Below are positions 1-11,195 of a stretch of 64,000 nt of DNA, piece after piece; positions within the stretch are counted from its first letter, which is position 1; the number at the start of each line of letters is the position of its first letter. The translations under genes and the position numbers were made by a program. The stretch covers positions 23,622,001 to 23,686,000 of the forward strand of contig NW_024704746.1 of NCBI RefSeq assembly GCF_018977255.1. The letters are read 5' to 3'. The DNA comes from Callorhinchus milii. Taxonomy: Eukaryota. A model generated the notes under the pieces. It saw only the letters and a program-made list of their open reading frames with translations, was not told the DNA's origin and made no database searches.

Positions 1-204
1 CAGAGGAGTGATTAATACTATATGTCACCTGGGTTATTAGTGCACACTATTTATTTCTGAGGTTTTGTCTTTTTAAATAAGATTTTTCCCCTTGCATCTA
101 TAATAGAAACAGGGAGAGGATCTAAAACATATTACTTTAAAAACAGTTTTGAATTGCTATTTGCTATTTCTGATTTGCCAAATTTGGATTGCGAGATTTG
201 CAAA

Positions 205-273
205 ATGGCACTGAAAAAGATATGTGAATATGAGACTTCACGATTTGAACCTTGCGATAGAAATGGATCTTCT
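205..273 (+). CDS. candidate first coding exon, MALKKICEYETSRFEPCDRNGSS, phase 0
   Basis: aaaATGG Kozak context at 205; open for 23 codons to donor TCT|gtaagt at 274; unique sequence; no homology recognised. Confidence 0.3.
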
Positions 274-399
274 GTAAGTAGATATATTGCTATAGTGTCC
301 GATGCTAAGCAGCTATGCAAATCAATATATGACAACTCGTGATGGCCGAAGAAATATAACCAACAAATACCACGACATCAAGAGGGATTAAATGAGTTT

Positions 400-594
400 C
401 CCCAATGGCCTAGCGAATAAAGATAGCACTCGGTGGAGCAATAAAACATCATGTTGAATGTTCAGATCAATACTCAGTCAGGAGATATTATTTGGGGCTT
501 TAGTTGGGTCACTATATTTTTCTCAATACACGGGATTAGGTGAGGAGAAAAAGTGATCAGTCACAATTCCCAGTATTGTTCCTGTTCTCTGTCC
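400..594 (+). mobile_element. highly decayed ancient tRNA-derived SINE (LmeSINE/AmnSINE2-like)
   Basis: weak similarity to the reverse complement of 18650-18920 and to 38420-38520. Confidence 0.3.
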
Positions 595-1707
595 AATAAT
601 AATAATAATCTTTGGATTTGTTACAACATCTTCGAGACGTCTCAAAGCGCTTCACAGAATATACTGTAAAGTGAATTGACTGTATATTTTGTGGGCGAAA
701 CGCAGCAGCTGATTGCGCACAGCAGCGTCCCACACACAGTCGTGGATTGAGTGACCATTATTTTTAAAAACATTTTTGAAGGGATTGTTATCCTGGGAAA
801 AGTGATCCGCCAATTGACTAACAACAATAACAAAATTAGATCTGTATAGATTTCACGTCGGGAGGATGTCCCAAGGCGCTGGACAGTCAGGGATTGGACC
901 CGAGCTGGGGGTTCAAGTTTATCTTTTTGCAATACTTGACACATTTCGGACCCGAGCTGGGGGTTGGGGTGGGGGGAGGGTGTAGGGCAGGGGAGGAAAC
1001 AGGGAGATTGAAAGCACGGTCGAAGAGGAGGGTCTTGAGATGGGTCTTGAATGAGGCAAAGGAGGGGGCGAGGCGGAGGGACTGCGGGATGGAATTCCAG
1101 AGGGTGAGGACATTTTCTGTAACGTAAGGAGGATTTGGGGAGACCGACAAGCAGTGAGTTTGCACAGTCGAGCCTCGATGTGATGAAGGTGTGTATGAGG
1201 ATCTCGGGGGCCTGCGGTGTGAGACAGTGTCGGAGCCGGGCGATGTTGCGGAGGTGGGGAAGGCAGAGCAGGACATGGCATGGATGTGGGTAGAAAGGAT
1301 AGTTGAGAATCAAACAAGACCTCAAGGTTCGGGACTGGCTCGGTGAGGGGGAGTGAGCCCCAGGGATGGTGATACTGTCAGCGCCTGAGGTGAGGAAATG
1401 TTGATTGGAGCCAATCAGGAACCTCGGGCTTGTTGAGGATCAACTGAAGAAAGTTCGCTCTCATCCAGGACTTGATGTCTGACAGACATTCTGTCAGGAC
1501 AGCAGTGGCCCTGGAGTCAAGGGTGGAGGCAGAGAGATAGAGTTGGGTGTCACCTGCACAACAACCGGGTTCCTGTTTATTGTTATTGGGTAAACAGAGG
1601 AGTGTGAAGTAAGGAAACTTGGCTAACGTTTCACCCGCCCAGAAATTGAACTCAGGTCCTCTCGCTTGTGAGGTGAGCGCTCTAACCACTGAGCTACAGG
1701 ACTCCAC
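595..1707 (-). mobile_element. full-length long-subfamily tRNA-Ala SINE split by an L2 insertion (3' part 595-825, 5' part 1558-1707)
   Basis: (TAA)n tail at 595, SINE body, and tRNA head ...ctaaccactgagctacaggactcc at 1682-1706; the two halves join colinearly compared with the copy at 33728-34093. Confidence 0.9.
823..1557 (-). mobile_element. 5'-truncated L2 LINE (ORF2 C-terminus plus 3' tail), internally deleted
   Basis: ORF track peptide HLRNIARLRHCLTPQAPEILIHTFITSRLD typical of the L2 ORF2 end; same tail stem-loop as 57261-58130. Confidence 0.9.
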
Positions 1708-1829
1708 GTATACAGGCTTCCCACAACTTGTCCAAAAAGCACCACCCTGCCCATTAGGGCTTTGGCTTGCAGCATTCGTGGGAACTGCATGGGAGATTTA
1801 TTGTTGTGTTGCCACACCGCAAGTGGTGG

Positions 1830-2060
1830 GGGAGGGGTGGTGTAGGGGTGAGGGAAGGCAGAGAGGTGGGAGGGAGACCAAAGGCACGGTCGAAGAGAAG
1901 GAGGCAAGGGAGGAAGCGAGGCAAAGAGACCGTGGGATGGAGTCCCAGAGTATGGGGGCAGAGAGGCTGAAAGCCCAGCCACCGATGGTAGGGCAGGTCG
2001 GGCGGGAGACATGGAGTAGCCTGGAGCCTGCTGAATGGAGCCTGCCCACTGCCCTGTCCT
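1830..2060 (-). mobile_element. L2 3' fragment
   Basis: peptide RPTCPTIGGWAFSLSAPILWDSIP; matches other L2 copies in the window. Confidence 0.8.
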
Positions 2061-2235
2061 GACTAGTCATCTCTTTCAAACCGTGAGAATGCGAGGTGAG
2101 CGCTCTAACCACTAAGCTACAGGATTCCAAGATATTGTCAGGAAGCCAATTTCATAGGAAATGGATGAACTACACTGGAGTTGTCACTGTGGTATCTCGC
2201 TCCAGCACAACATCTCTGCCCTTTCCTGCCATGCA

Positions 2236-2358
2236 TGTTTTGCCCACAAAATGGACAGTCAATTCACTTTACAGTATATTCTGTGAAGCGCTTTAAGACG
2301 TCTCGAAGACGTGATAAGGCGCTACATCAAATGCAAGGATTATTTTTATTATTATTAT
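2236..2358 (+). mobile_element. SINE 3' fragment
   Basis: cagtcaattcactttacagtatattctgtgaagcgcttt...aaatgcaaggattatt tail. Confidence 0.85.
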
Positions 2359-2984
2359 GTCCGCCTCTAGCACAGTGTGAATCTCTCTTCTCTTAGCTGC
2401 CATGATTCAATCCCTTTGGCCACCCTCTACACAAATGGGAGTTGTCCCAGACTATTAATTATTTTTGAGACAGGATCTTGGAAGGAAATTAATGTCAGAA
2501 GAGCAGAAGAGGAAAGATCAGACTTTCGGGCACTCAGAATTTCTGTATGTTAAAACCAGAAGTTGCAATATTCCAATAGAAATGTTAGACAGTGCTTTCT
2601 GAAAACCTTGTTGAAAAAAGCAATTAAGACAATTTATTTGATCTTGGGAGCCAATTAAGGCAGAAAATCTATGATTTTCTATGATTTTTACTATATCTGA
2701 TGCTTTCCAAACATAGACGGTATTTAATCATGGTTTGAGAAGGCATAAATTCTATGAACTGTGTGTAAAGTGCTGTATCTTTGGCAGGGTGTACAGAGAA
2801 TGTTTTATTAGTCAATGGCATGCACTCCAAACTGATGGACTATAATGGTCCCTGCAGTTAATATTGCAGTTTCCTTACAACAATCCAAACATCAAAACGG
2901 AAAACACCACATAAAATAATTCAAATAAAATCATTAAAGGCAAAAAAATTATATATTTTTAAAAAAGAATTCAGTCTTAGTGAA

Positions 2985-3285
2985 ACCTGAGCGCTTAACA
3001 GTGGCAGAGCCTGACTCCGAGCCGGTGTGGGGGAGGTGGGGGAGGTGGCCGTAAGCACGGTCGATCAGGATGGTTTTCAGGCGGGACTTGAAAGAGGGGA
3101 GAAGGGGGGGCAAGGCGGAGGGATTGAGGGAGAGTGTTCCAGAGTCTCGGGGATGTAGTGGCTTAAAGCACGACTCTGATATCGGGGCAGAGGGTGTGAG
3201 GGACGAGCAGGAGCTGGTACCAATCGAGCAGAGGCTCTAGGTGGTGGATTGGGGAGTCAGGAAGTCGGAGCGGGAGGGAGACACC
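2985..3285 (-). mobile_element. L2 3' fragment
   Basis: reverse complement matches the 3' end of the L2 at 50640-50915. Confidence 0.8.
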
Positions 3286-3336
3286 TTTGTTCTGCTGTGC
3301 ACTCGGTGCCAATAACTGCTTTCTGTAAATAAATGC

Positions 3337-3414
3337 ATGTGCACCCATTGCCATCCGCAGGTTAGGGAGCAGGAATTCAATGCTTTTGTTAGGAAGGTCA
3401 CAAACCACAAGCTG
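3337..3414 (+). CDS. candidate exon MCTHCHPQVREQEFNAFVRKVTNHKL (or internal exon 3361-3414), phase 0
   Basis: strong donor CTG|gtaagt at 3415; in-frame ATG at 3337 with weak Kozak; alternative acceptor ccatccgcag at 3360. Confidence 0.3.
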
Positions 3415-3619
3415 GTAAGTGGTTTTGTGTAGATCATAAACCTCAGCACAATAGACACGCTGACGGACATTGAAACGTTTTCTCTTTTACACAAAATTGT
3501 TGATGTATTGAGTTGAGAGCAGGCAGGTGAAAGAGTAAAAGAGGACCTGGTTTTGGAGCAAAAAGCGAGGTTATGTAATAGCTATTTCGGGCTCACTTCT
3601 AGTGTAAAGTGTAGTGGAA

Positions 3620-3845
3620 TAATTATAATAATCCTTGCCATTGATATAGCACCTCATCACGTCTTTGAGAAGTCTCAAAGCGCTTCACAGAATATACTGT
3701 AAAGTGTAGTGACTGTATATTTTGTGGGCGAAACGTGGCAGCCAATTGCGCGCAGGAGCGTCCCACAGACAGTCGTGGATTAAGTGATCAAATTATTTTT
3801 ATTTATTGATTTATTTATTGAAGGCATTATTACCCCTGGAAAAGC
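3620..3845 (-). mobile_element. SINE 3' two-thirds
   Basis: matches the SINE body and tail. Confidence 0.85.
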
Positions 3846-4017
3846 ATGTGAAGGACTGGAAAGGATCACTGCAGTCCAATAGGTAGATCCCAACTCATTT
3901 GGCATTCAGAAGGTTCGTTTCTAATTTCACACGGCATTTCGACAATTAGCCTTTAATGTGAAATGATCTGGATTAGGATTGGGTCAGTTAACAGCTGTAG
4001 GCATTTGTTTACTGTAG

Positions 4018-4225
4018 AATTAATAATAATAGTCCTTGCATTTGATATATCGGTTTTCACGTCTTCTAGATGTCTCAAAGCGCTTCACAGAATATACTGT
4101 AAAGTGAATTGACTGTATATTTGTGGGCGAAATGCGGCGGCCAATTGTGCACAGCAATGTCCCACAAACAGCCGTGGACTGAAATGACCAATTTATCATT
4201 GTTTTGTTTTGGAGGGATTATTATT
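4018..4225 (-). mobile_element. SINE 3' part (short-subfamily type)
   Basis: gaaatgaccaattta...tttggagggattattatta as in 20140-20195. Confidence 0.85.
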
Positions 4226-4411
4226 AAGACAGGTATAAAAGATGGAGTTAGAGATCTGTCTTTGATTTACTTGAGAGCTTGATGTATTGTGTGTCCTTCA
4301 AAGCAAGAAATAGACAAATTCCAAACTGCTGTGTTAGAATCAGGATCAAGTCATTTTTAATTGAATAAATACAGGTACTTGATTGAAGCCTCTTTTCCCC
4401 TCTCCATTTAG

Positions 4412-4462
4412 AATTTGCAGCAGACTAGAGCAGCAGTTGCTGATGAAATTCTCGTGAAACCA
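4412..4462 (+). CDS. candidate 51-nt internal exon NLQQTRAAVADEILVKP, phase 0-0
   Basis: strong pyrimidine tract cctcttttcccctctccatttag; donor CCA|gtaagg; only the phase-0 frame is open. Confidence 0.3.
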
Positions 4463-4794
4463 GTAAGGAGTTTGAATGTGAGCATTGGTTGTACAAGGAG
4501 CAGGACTGTAATGGTTTGTGACAGCTGCCTAAATGGATAAAGGAGTGAGGAACTCCGAATGCTGATTAACCCTCCTCTTGTGGAAATACAAAAGACAAGT
4601 TCAACTGTCAACCCATGATAACAAACACTCAGAAGCCTAGGTGAAGTGGATTGAGAACATTGCTACTTTGGAGATTGCTACAGGAGGTGCTGTAAAATGT
4701 AAGGGTGCGGTGATAAGGCATTGGTGTATTCTGAATGTTTATGTTGAATGAACTCTAGTCCATTCATGACTATATCAGGAATCCAGGAATGTCA

Positions 4795-5245
4795 GGTATA
4801 TTTTGCTAGGTCAGGGTATCAAGGGATAATAATAATACTAATAATACTCCTTGTATTTGATATAGTGCTGTTCACATCTTCTAGACGTCTCAAAGTGTTT
4901 CACAGAAAAACTGTAAAGTGAATTGACTGCATATTTGTGGGCAAAACCCGGCTGCCAATTGCGCACAGCAGTGTCTCACAAACAGTCATGGATTGAGTGA
5001 CCAAATTATTATTATTGTTTTTTTGAGGGATTATTATCCCTGGAAAAGCAATCTGCCAATCGACTAACAATCGGGTTTCTACTTACTGCTAGGTAAACAG
5101 AGACGAGTGGAGTAAGGAGGCTTGCCCAACCTTGGGATATGGGGCAAGGGCAGTCATTGGAGTTGAGGTACAGATCAGTCATAATCTTATAGAATGGCAG
5201 AACAGGCTCGAGGGGCTGAATGGCCTCCTCCTGTTTCTATGATTC
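4795..5245 (+). mobile_element. CR1 3' tail interrupted by a minus-strand SINE (4829-5133)
   Basis: CR1 tail ...aggggctgaatggcctcctcctgt; target-site duplication gggata at 4823-4828 and 5134-5139. Confidence 0.85.
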
Positions 5246-6169
5246 CGAAGAAAAATACATTTAGTGCTAGTCAGAGGGTAACTGCGATTTAAAACAACAG
5301 AACTGTGTTTGTTCAGAAAATGAGAAAGCGTGAAAAAGCCGCGCAAGATCTGATAACCTTCATAAGATTTTTTTTTAAATGGCTACATTAATTAATCATG
5401 ACCATTTCATTTTAACCACAGCTGAAGTGAGGACATGGTGACCAGTCAGTTGTGTGAAGTTATTGGAATCTCCCTGTGTTATCCAATACCTCTACATTTA
5501 GTTTGTCAATGACACAAGCAGGATTTATTTTAATCTGCCTGACAAATTGCAACAAAAATAATCTGTTGACATCTACCAACATTAGTTGAGTTGCCGTAAT
5601 GTATAGGCTTGTTTGCTGTAACTAATGAGTGCTAACCCATCTGACTAGAGTCTCACCCGCAAACCTGAATTTTTGACATTTTTAATCTTTCTTAAGGCAT
5701 CAAGTCAAAACCTATTTTCCATTGACTTAAACAGCCATAAATCCAATGTCAACAAAAACATTTAGTGATATCAGGATCCCTGCCAAGGCAAAGTTGTAAC
5801 ACACCAAAAAAATTATCTTACCGCAACTTGGCATCTGCCCTCCAAGGATACTGTATATTGGAACATGATATTAACACAAGCTACTTATCTAGCTGAATGT
5901 TGTGGAAATTTACCAAACCAAACACTCAAACAGAAGGCTTACTCGAGTGCTCACCAAATGACAGCCAGCATAGAGAATTTCTAGATCTGGATTTGAGCAT
6001 TGTAAGCTCAAAGCAATAGTTCTTTTCTGAGTGTAATACTACAATGTGTTTAGCAAGTGGCTGCCTCTAATGTTCATGCTAATCTGCCTGACAAGCGACT
6101 CAGCTTCTGGCTTATGGTAGCAAAAAGGTACAACAGGAAATGAGAAGTTGGGAGTTTTCCTCAGTAGAG

Positions 6170-6990
6170 GAGTGCCGCATAAAAGGTTAGTTCAAAAGAT
6201 AAGGGCCCATGGAATTGGGGGGAGCATATTAACGTGGATTGGGGAATGGTTAACGGGTAGGAAACAAAGAGTAGGGAAAAAACGGGTCCTTTTCAGATTG
6301 GCGGGATGTGACTAGTGGAGTGCCACAAGGATCAGTCCTTGGGCCTCAGCTATTTGCCATCTACATCAACGATCGAGATGAGGACATCAAGTTAATATAT
6401 CTAAATTCACGGATGACACAAAACTAGGAGGAAGTGTCAACACAGAGGACGACATTAAAAAAATGCAGCGAGACATAGATAGGTGAGGTGATTGGGCAGA
6501 TAGGTGGGACATGACGTATAATGTAGGGAAGTGCAAAGTCATCCATCTAGGGAGCAAAAACAGTAGAGTGGGTTATTTTTTAGAAGGGGAGAGATTGGAA
6601 TGTGTTAGCAACGTATAAGATCACCAAAGGCCATGATAGAGTAGATAGTGGGAGATTGTTTCCCCGGTTGGAGAAACTAAAACCAGGGGTCACAACCTTA
6701 AAATCAGAGGCAGCCCTTTCGCACTGAGTTGAGGAAGAACTTCTTCACTCAAAGGGCAGTGAATGTATGGAACTCACTACCCCAAAGGGCTGTTGACGCT
6801 CAGTCCTTGAACATATTCAAGACTGAGATTGATAGATTTCTTATTGTGAAAGGGATTAAGTGATATGGGGATAAGGCAGCGTCAGGTTATTAGCTGGAGT
6901 TAGATTAGAAGATGAGCCATGATTGAATGGCGGGGCAGGCTCGAAGGGCCGAATAGCCTCCTCCTGCTCCTACATGTTATGCTATGTACA
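6170..6990 (+). mobile_element. CR1 LINE, degenerate reverse transcriptase to 3' UTR
   Basis: translates with frameshifts to VPHKRLVQKIRAHGIGG...[22 protein letters not shown]...[10 protein letters not shown], then a CR1 3' tail. Confidence 0.93.
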
Positions 6991-7009
6991 CAAATTCCAT
7001 TTAGATTAT

Positions 7010-7236
7010 AAAAGACAAAATACTGCAGATGCTGAAAATCTGAAATAAAAACAGAAGTAGCTAGGACCACTTAGCCGGTCAGGTCAGGCAGCATCTATGG
7101 AGAGAGGAAAATGAGCTAACATTTCAGGTCGGTCACCAGTTCTGACAAAAGGTCATCGATCTGAAACGTTGACTCACTTTCCCCTCTCCATAGATGCTGC
7201 CTGACCGGCTGAGTGTTCCCAGCCACTTCCATTTCG
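7010..7236. mobile_element. palindromic Penelope-like terminal-repeat fragment with degenerate hammerhead core
   Basis: inverted arms ggcagcatctatggagagagg / cctctccatagatgctgcc; core CTGACAA-stem-GAAACGTT at 7142-7170. Confidence 0.75.
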
Positions 7237-7724
7237 ATTATATCCTTCGAAAGAACTGCAGCCTCTCTCTTTACACAATCATTAGGAATCTTCTAGTTTC
7301 TAATTTGTTGGGCAATGTGGCTGTACGTTGGAATCTAACAGGCATGGGTGAACAAGTCAGATTAGAAATGATTCATTTAGAATCAGAAGTCAAACCCTTA
7401 ATGTTTTTCTCTGCCTTTCATCATCACCCAACACCTAGTACAACATGGACTAAAAGGTTATCTATTTTGTGGGCGATTAAGTAATTCATCACCGTGGGAT
7501 GAACCAAATATGTTTTTATGCTAGTAATGAATCACTTTATAATTCAGTACAAACTTATTTATTTTGTGCTGATTAAACGGCAAAAGATGAATTGGTCAAT
7601 TACCAATGATGACACCTTTAGCTCCTTTTTCATATAACCCTATCGGAAGAGTTTTACAATAAAATACATATTCTATAAATACGACGATAATACCTCTTTG
7701 AAAATTTCGAATCTCATTTCTGTA

Positions 7725-8005
7725 ATAGATTCAAGATAATTGGCAAAAGAACCAGAGGGGAGAGAAGGAGATTTTTTTTTACACAGAGAGTTTTTTTACA
7801 GTCTGGAACGCATGGCCTGAAAGGGTCGGTGGAAGCAGATTCAATAACAGCTTTCGAAAGGGAATTGGGCAGGCACTTGAAAAGGAAAAATTTGCAAGGA
7901 AATGCGGGAAAGAGTGGGGGAAGTGGAACTGATTGGGTGGCTCTTCCAAAGTGCCGGCACAGGCACAATGGGCCGAATGGCCTCCTTCTGTGCTGTAATA
8001 TTCTA
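7725..8005 (+). mobile_element. CR1 3' fragment
   Basis: matches 47672-47950 and the reverse complement of 20308-20570. Confidence 0.85.
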
Positions 8006-8513
8006 TGAAATGGACTCCATGCATTGACAGTTGGTGATACGCGATTACTTTCCGATTAGATGTGTGCAGATTGTCCTTCCTTGGTTTTAGAGACTCTGTA
8101 AGATCTCAGTATTAATTTTATCACAGCATCTTTGGAGCAATTCTCCCTGTTTTTCGTGAGACAATCAAAATTCCCTCCCCTGGCTATTGCCTGATATTGA
8201 TCATGGGTTGTCCAATCATTCACTGTCATTCCAAGAATAATTATGAGCCGGAATGGCTGAGGGTTTTAGCTTTGATGCCTTTTACAGATAACCTTTTCTC
8301 GAATAACATTCCTGACAACACCTCATAACATAGAGAAGAACAGGACCGCTGATTCAAAATACAGTATCTAGAGATCTCTCTCTCTCACTCGCTGCAGTGC
8401 ATGAGTACATTTGTGCAAGGCCTGATACAGGAATGAGTAACTAAAGGGACTCCTTAGGTCAGTCATTGATCACTACTGGAGGACAGAAGTTAGATGCAAG
8501 TCCCTCATTGCTG

Positions 8514-8834
8514 AAGTCCTGTAGCTCAGTGGTTAGAGCACTCGCTTTGCAAGTGAGAGACCTGAGTTCAATTCCAGGCAGAGGGCGAAACCTTGGGCAA
8601 GTTTCCTTACTCCACACAGAGCCTAATAATAATCCCTCCAAACAAAACAATAATAAATTGGTCATTTTCAATCCATCACTGTTTGTGGGACATTGCTATG
8701 CGCAATTGGCTGCCGGGTTTCGCCCACAAATATACAGTCAATTCACTTTATAGTCTATTCTGTGAAGCGCTTTGAGACGTCGAGCAGACCTGAAAAGCGC
8801 TATAACAAACACAAGGATTATTAATTATTATTAT
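8514..8834 (+). mobile_element. full-length short-subfamily tRNA-Ala SINE
   Basis: A box TAGCTCAGTGG, TTTGCAA anticodon-like loop, B box GTTCAATTC, (TTA)n tail, possible TSD attgct. Confidence 0.93.
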
Positions 8835-9981
8835 TGCTCTCGATGAAGCTGAAACCAAAGGGAAAATAATTTCCTTGTTACAAAGAAATCTTTCGTTTTC
8901 AGGCCACAATCTTTTGACTGCAGCTTCCGACAAATAAGCTGTAGAAATGTTTGGAAAACGTGCTGATCATATTGGAGAGAGCAGAGCAGAACAGAACTAA
9001 AATCTAATTGTCTAAACAAAGGGATGAATAATAGAGTTTGTCATTTTGAAGCTAAAGGGAAGTTTCTAATGTCAGGTTTACGAGCTAAGTTGTGGTGTCA
9101 GTTTACAAGGATTCTTTCCTCTCCAGTGAAATCTTTCACAGGTTCCTGTGGGTCGTTGTGAAGGAATTCTCACTAGGATTTCCTTATTGAGGGATCCCAT
9201 TAAAAATCACAACATGGTTGATGCCTCTAGCTTAACTCTAACTAAAACCTGCTGAGGAGAACATGGCTAAAAATGCAGATTTTGCCTATCCTGACTCTTT
9301 GAAAGAGATCAATAAAGAGGGGAGTGTAGACTAGACACACGAATCTTCTGTTATTTTGCAGTATCAGCCGCTGTTTGTTTGAAAAAATGTAACCTCCTAT
9401 GTTGTGTTCTCCCTAGAAATAATAACCAGCTCTATTTATTTCAGTAGGTTCTGCAATCTATATCACCGCCTTTCTCAAAACAATTTCAGTGTTTCCAGTG
9501 GCCTGACCTTGGTAAGGCTTGGGAGAGGGTGAAAGGAATGTGCTGTAAATCAATGACATCATAACGAAGCAAAACTTCATTCATTTCAGCACCAAGAATG
9601 TAACTCTCGCAAAACCCAAGAAAACTCCAGATATTTAATAGTGTGTGCAGACCAGAACACACAGGACTGTCTATTGCAGTACCATTGTCCCTTTTGCACA
9701 GAGGCAATGTAGTAATTGTGTTTGTAGGTCTACTTTTAGTGCATTTATCAATTTAAATTTGTCGCAGTAAACTAAACCTAGAGTGGCAGCAATCTTGGCT
9801 CTGGTTCAAAGCTCGTTCATTGTCAAATACTGCTCAATTTTTTAAATAATAATCTTTTTGAAAATGGCATCCGATCTTTTAGGACTGAGGCAATATGAGC
9901 TGGATATAATTGTGCTAAAAATGACTTTTTGTTGAGAAACTTTCAATAAAACTGCAAGTGAATATCCTTTCACATGCATCA

Positions 9982-10092
9982 TCATAATAATCCATTTAAT
10001 ACAGCGCCTTATCACGTCTTCAAGACGTCTCAAACCGCTTCACAGAAGATACTGTAAAGTGAATTGACTGTATATTTTGTGGGCGAAACTCG
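9982..10092 (-). mobile_element. SINE 3' fragment
   Basis: SINE tail match. Confidence 0.8.
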
Positions 10093-10735
10093 ACTTTAAA
10101 ATAGTAATATGTGATAATCATTGCATTTGATAAAATGACGCATCACAAAATTGAGACCCCATAAACTGCAGTATGATAGTAGTTTAAGGTGTAAGAAATA
10201 TTAATTAATATATGATATCTATGTAAATATTTATATATGGACATCTGGACGTAAACACAAAAAGTTAGTTGAAGAGTTCCAGCTGTATATTTAGAGAATA
10301 ATACAGTAGATACATGAAATTGATTTAAAGTATTCGATTCTGCAATACCAATTTCGGCATATAGCCTTTGCTGTAACAGATATAAGGGAAATCTGTAGCT
10401 ATTATAATAGAATGGTTTGGGTAGGGATTTGACTAAACACTCACTCACGCGGTGGAAGTGTGTTATAAAGCAATAATACAAATGATATGTTCCAATGACA
10501 TGGTATCTGTATGACCAAAGCTCAAGTGGTTTATTAATCATATAAAGCTCATGATTGGATTACTGCTGGTAATCCTCTTCCAAACATCTCCTAGCTTCGC
10601 GTTAAAAGGATCTATTTTGTTATAAAAAAGCACTGCTCGAGCTGGATTTTGTATCAATCCTAAGAGATATGTTCCAAAATTGAAGTAGTTATTTTCGTAT
10701 CATGATAACTCATGCTCAATGGACGACCTTGGCCC

Positions 10736-10852
10736 ATAATAATAATAATCCCTGCATTTGATGCAGCGCCTTATTACGTCTTCGAGACGTCTCAAAGCCC
10801 TTCACAGGATATACTGTAAAGTGGATTGACTGTATATTCTGTGGGTGAAATG
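10736..10852 (-). mobile_element. SINE 3' fragment
   Basis: SINE tail match. Confidence 0.8.
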
Positions 10853-11024
10853 CTAAAATACCACTGAAAACAATTTGAGTGGTTTGGGATCAGTTCTCTT
10901 GGAGCATCAGGTGGCAGTCGCTTGTTCTACTGTTTATTGTTTGAAGTTAGTGAGAAATATTAATAACTATTTTCTCCCATAAGAGATGAGTTTCACTCCC
11001 ATGGGATTCACTGATTCAATCCAA

Positions 11025-11195
11025 GGGTGTACCAAGTATATATCCAATTCCCTTTTGAAAGTTATTATTGACTCTGCTTCCACAAACCTTTCATCCTTAA
11101 CCTTCTCTGCTCTAAGGAGAACAATCCCAGCTTCTCTAGTCTCTCCACATCCCTGGTATCATTCTGCTAAATCTCCTCTGCACCCTCTCCAAAGA
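11025..11195 (-). mobile_element. CR1 fragment with deletions
   Basis: tccaattcccttttgaaagttattattga and ccttctctgctctaaggagaacaatcccagc, as in 13160-13445. Confidence 0.75.

Noticed and set aside
642-2130. Several 110-227 aa ORFs on both strands
   Set aside because: All lie in L2/SINE fragments; they are broken ORF2 pieces or shadow frames.
8514-8590. tRNA-Ala-like sequence (also 20235-20306, 28583, 35318, 40930, 63223)
   Set aside because: No proper acceptor stem and each continues into a SINE body; these are SINE heads, not tRNA genes.
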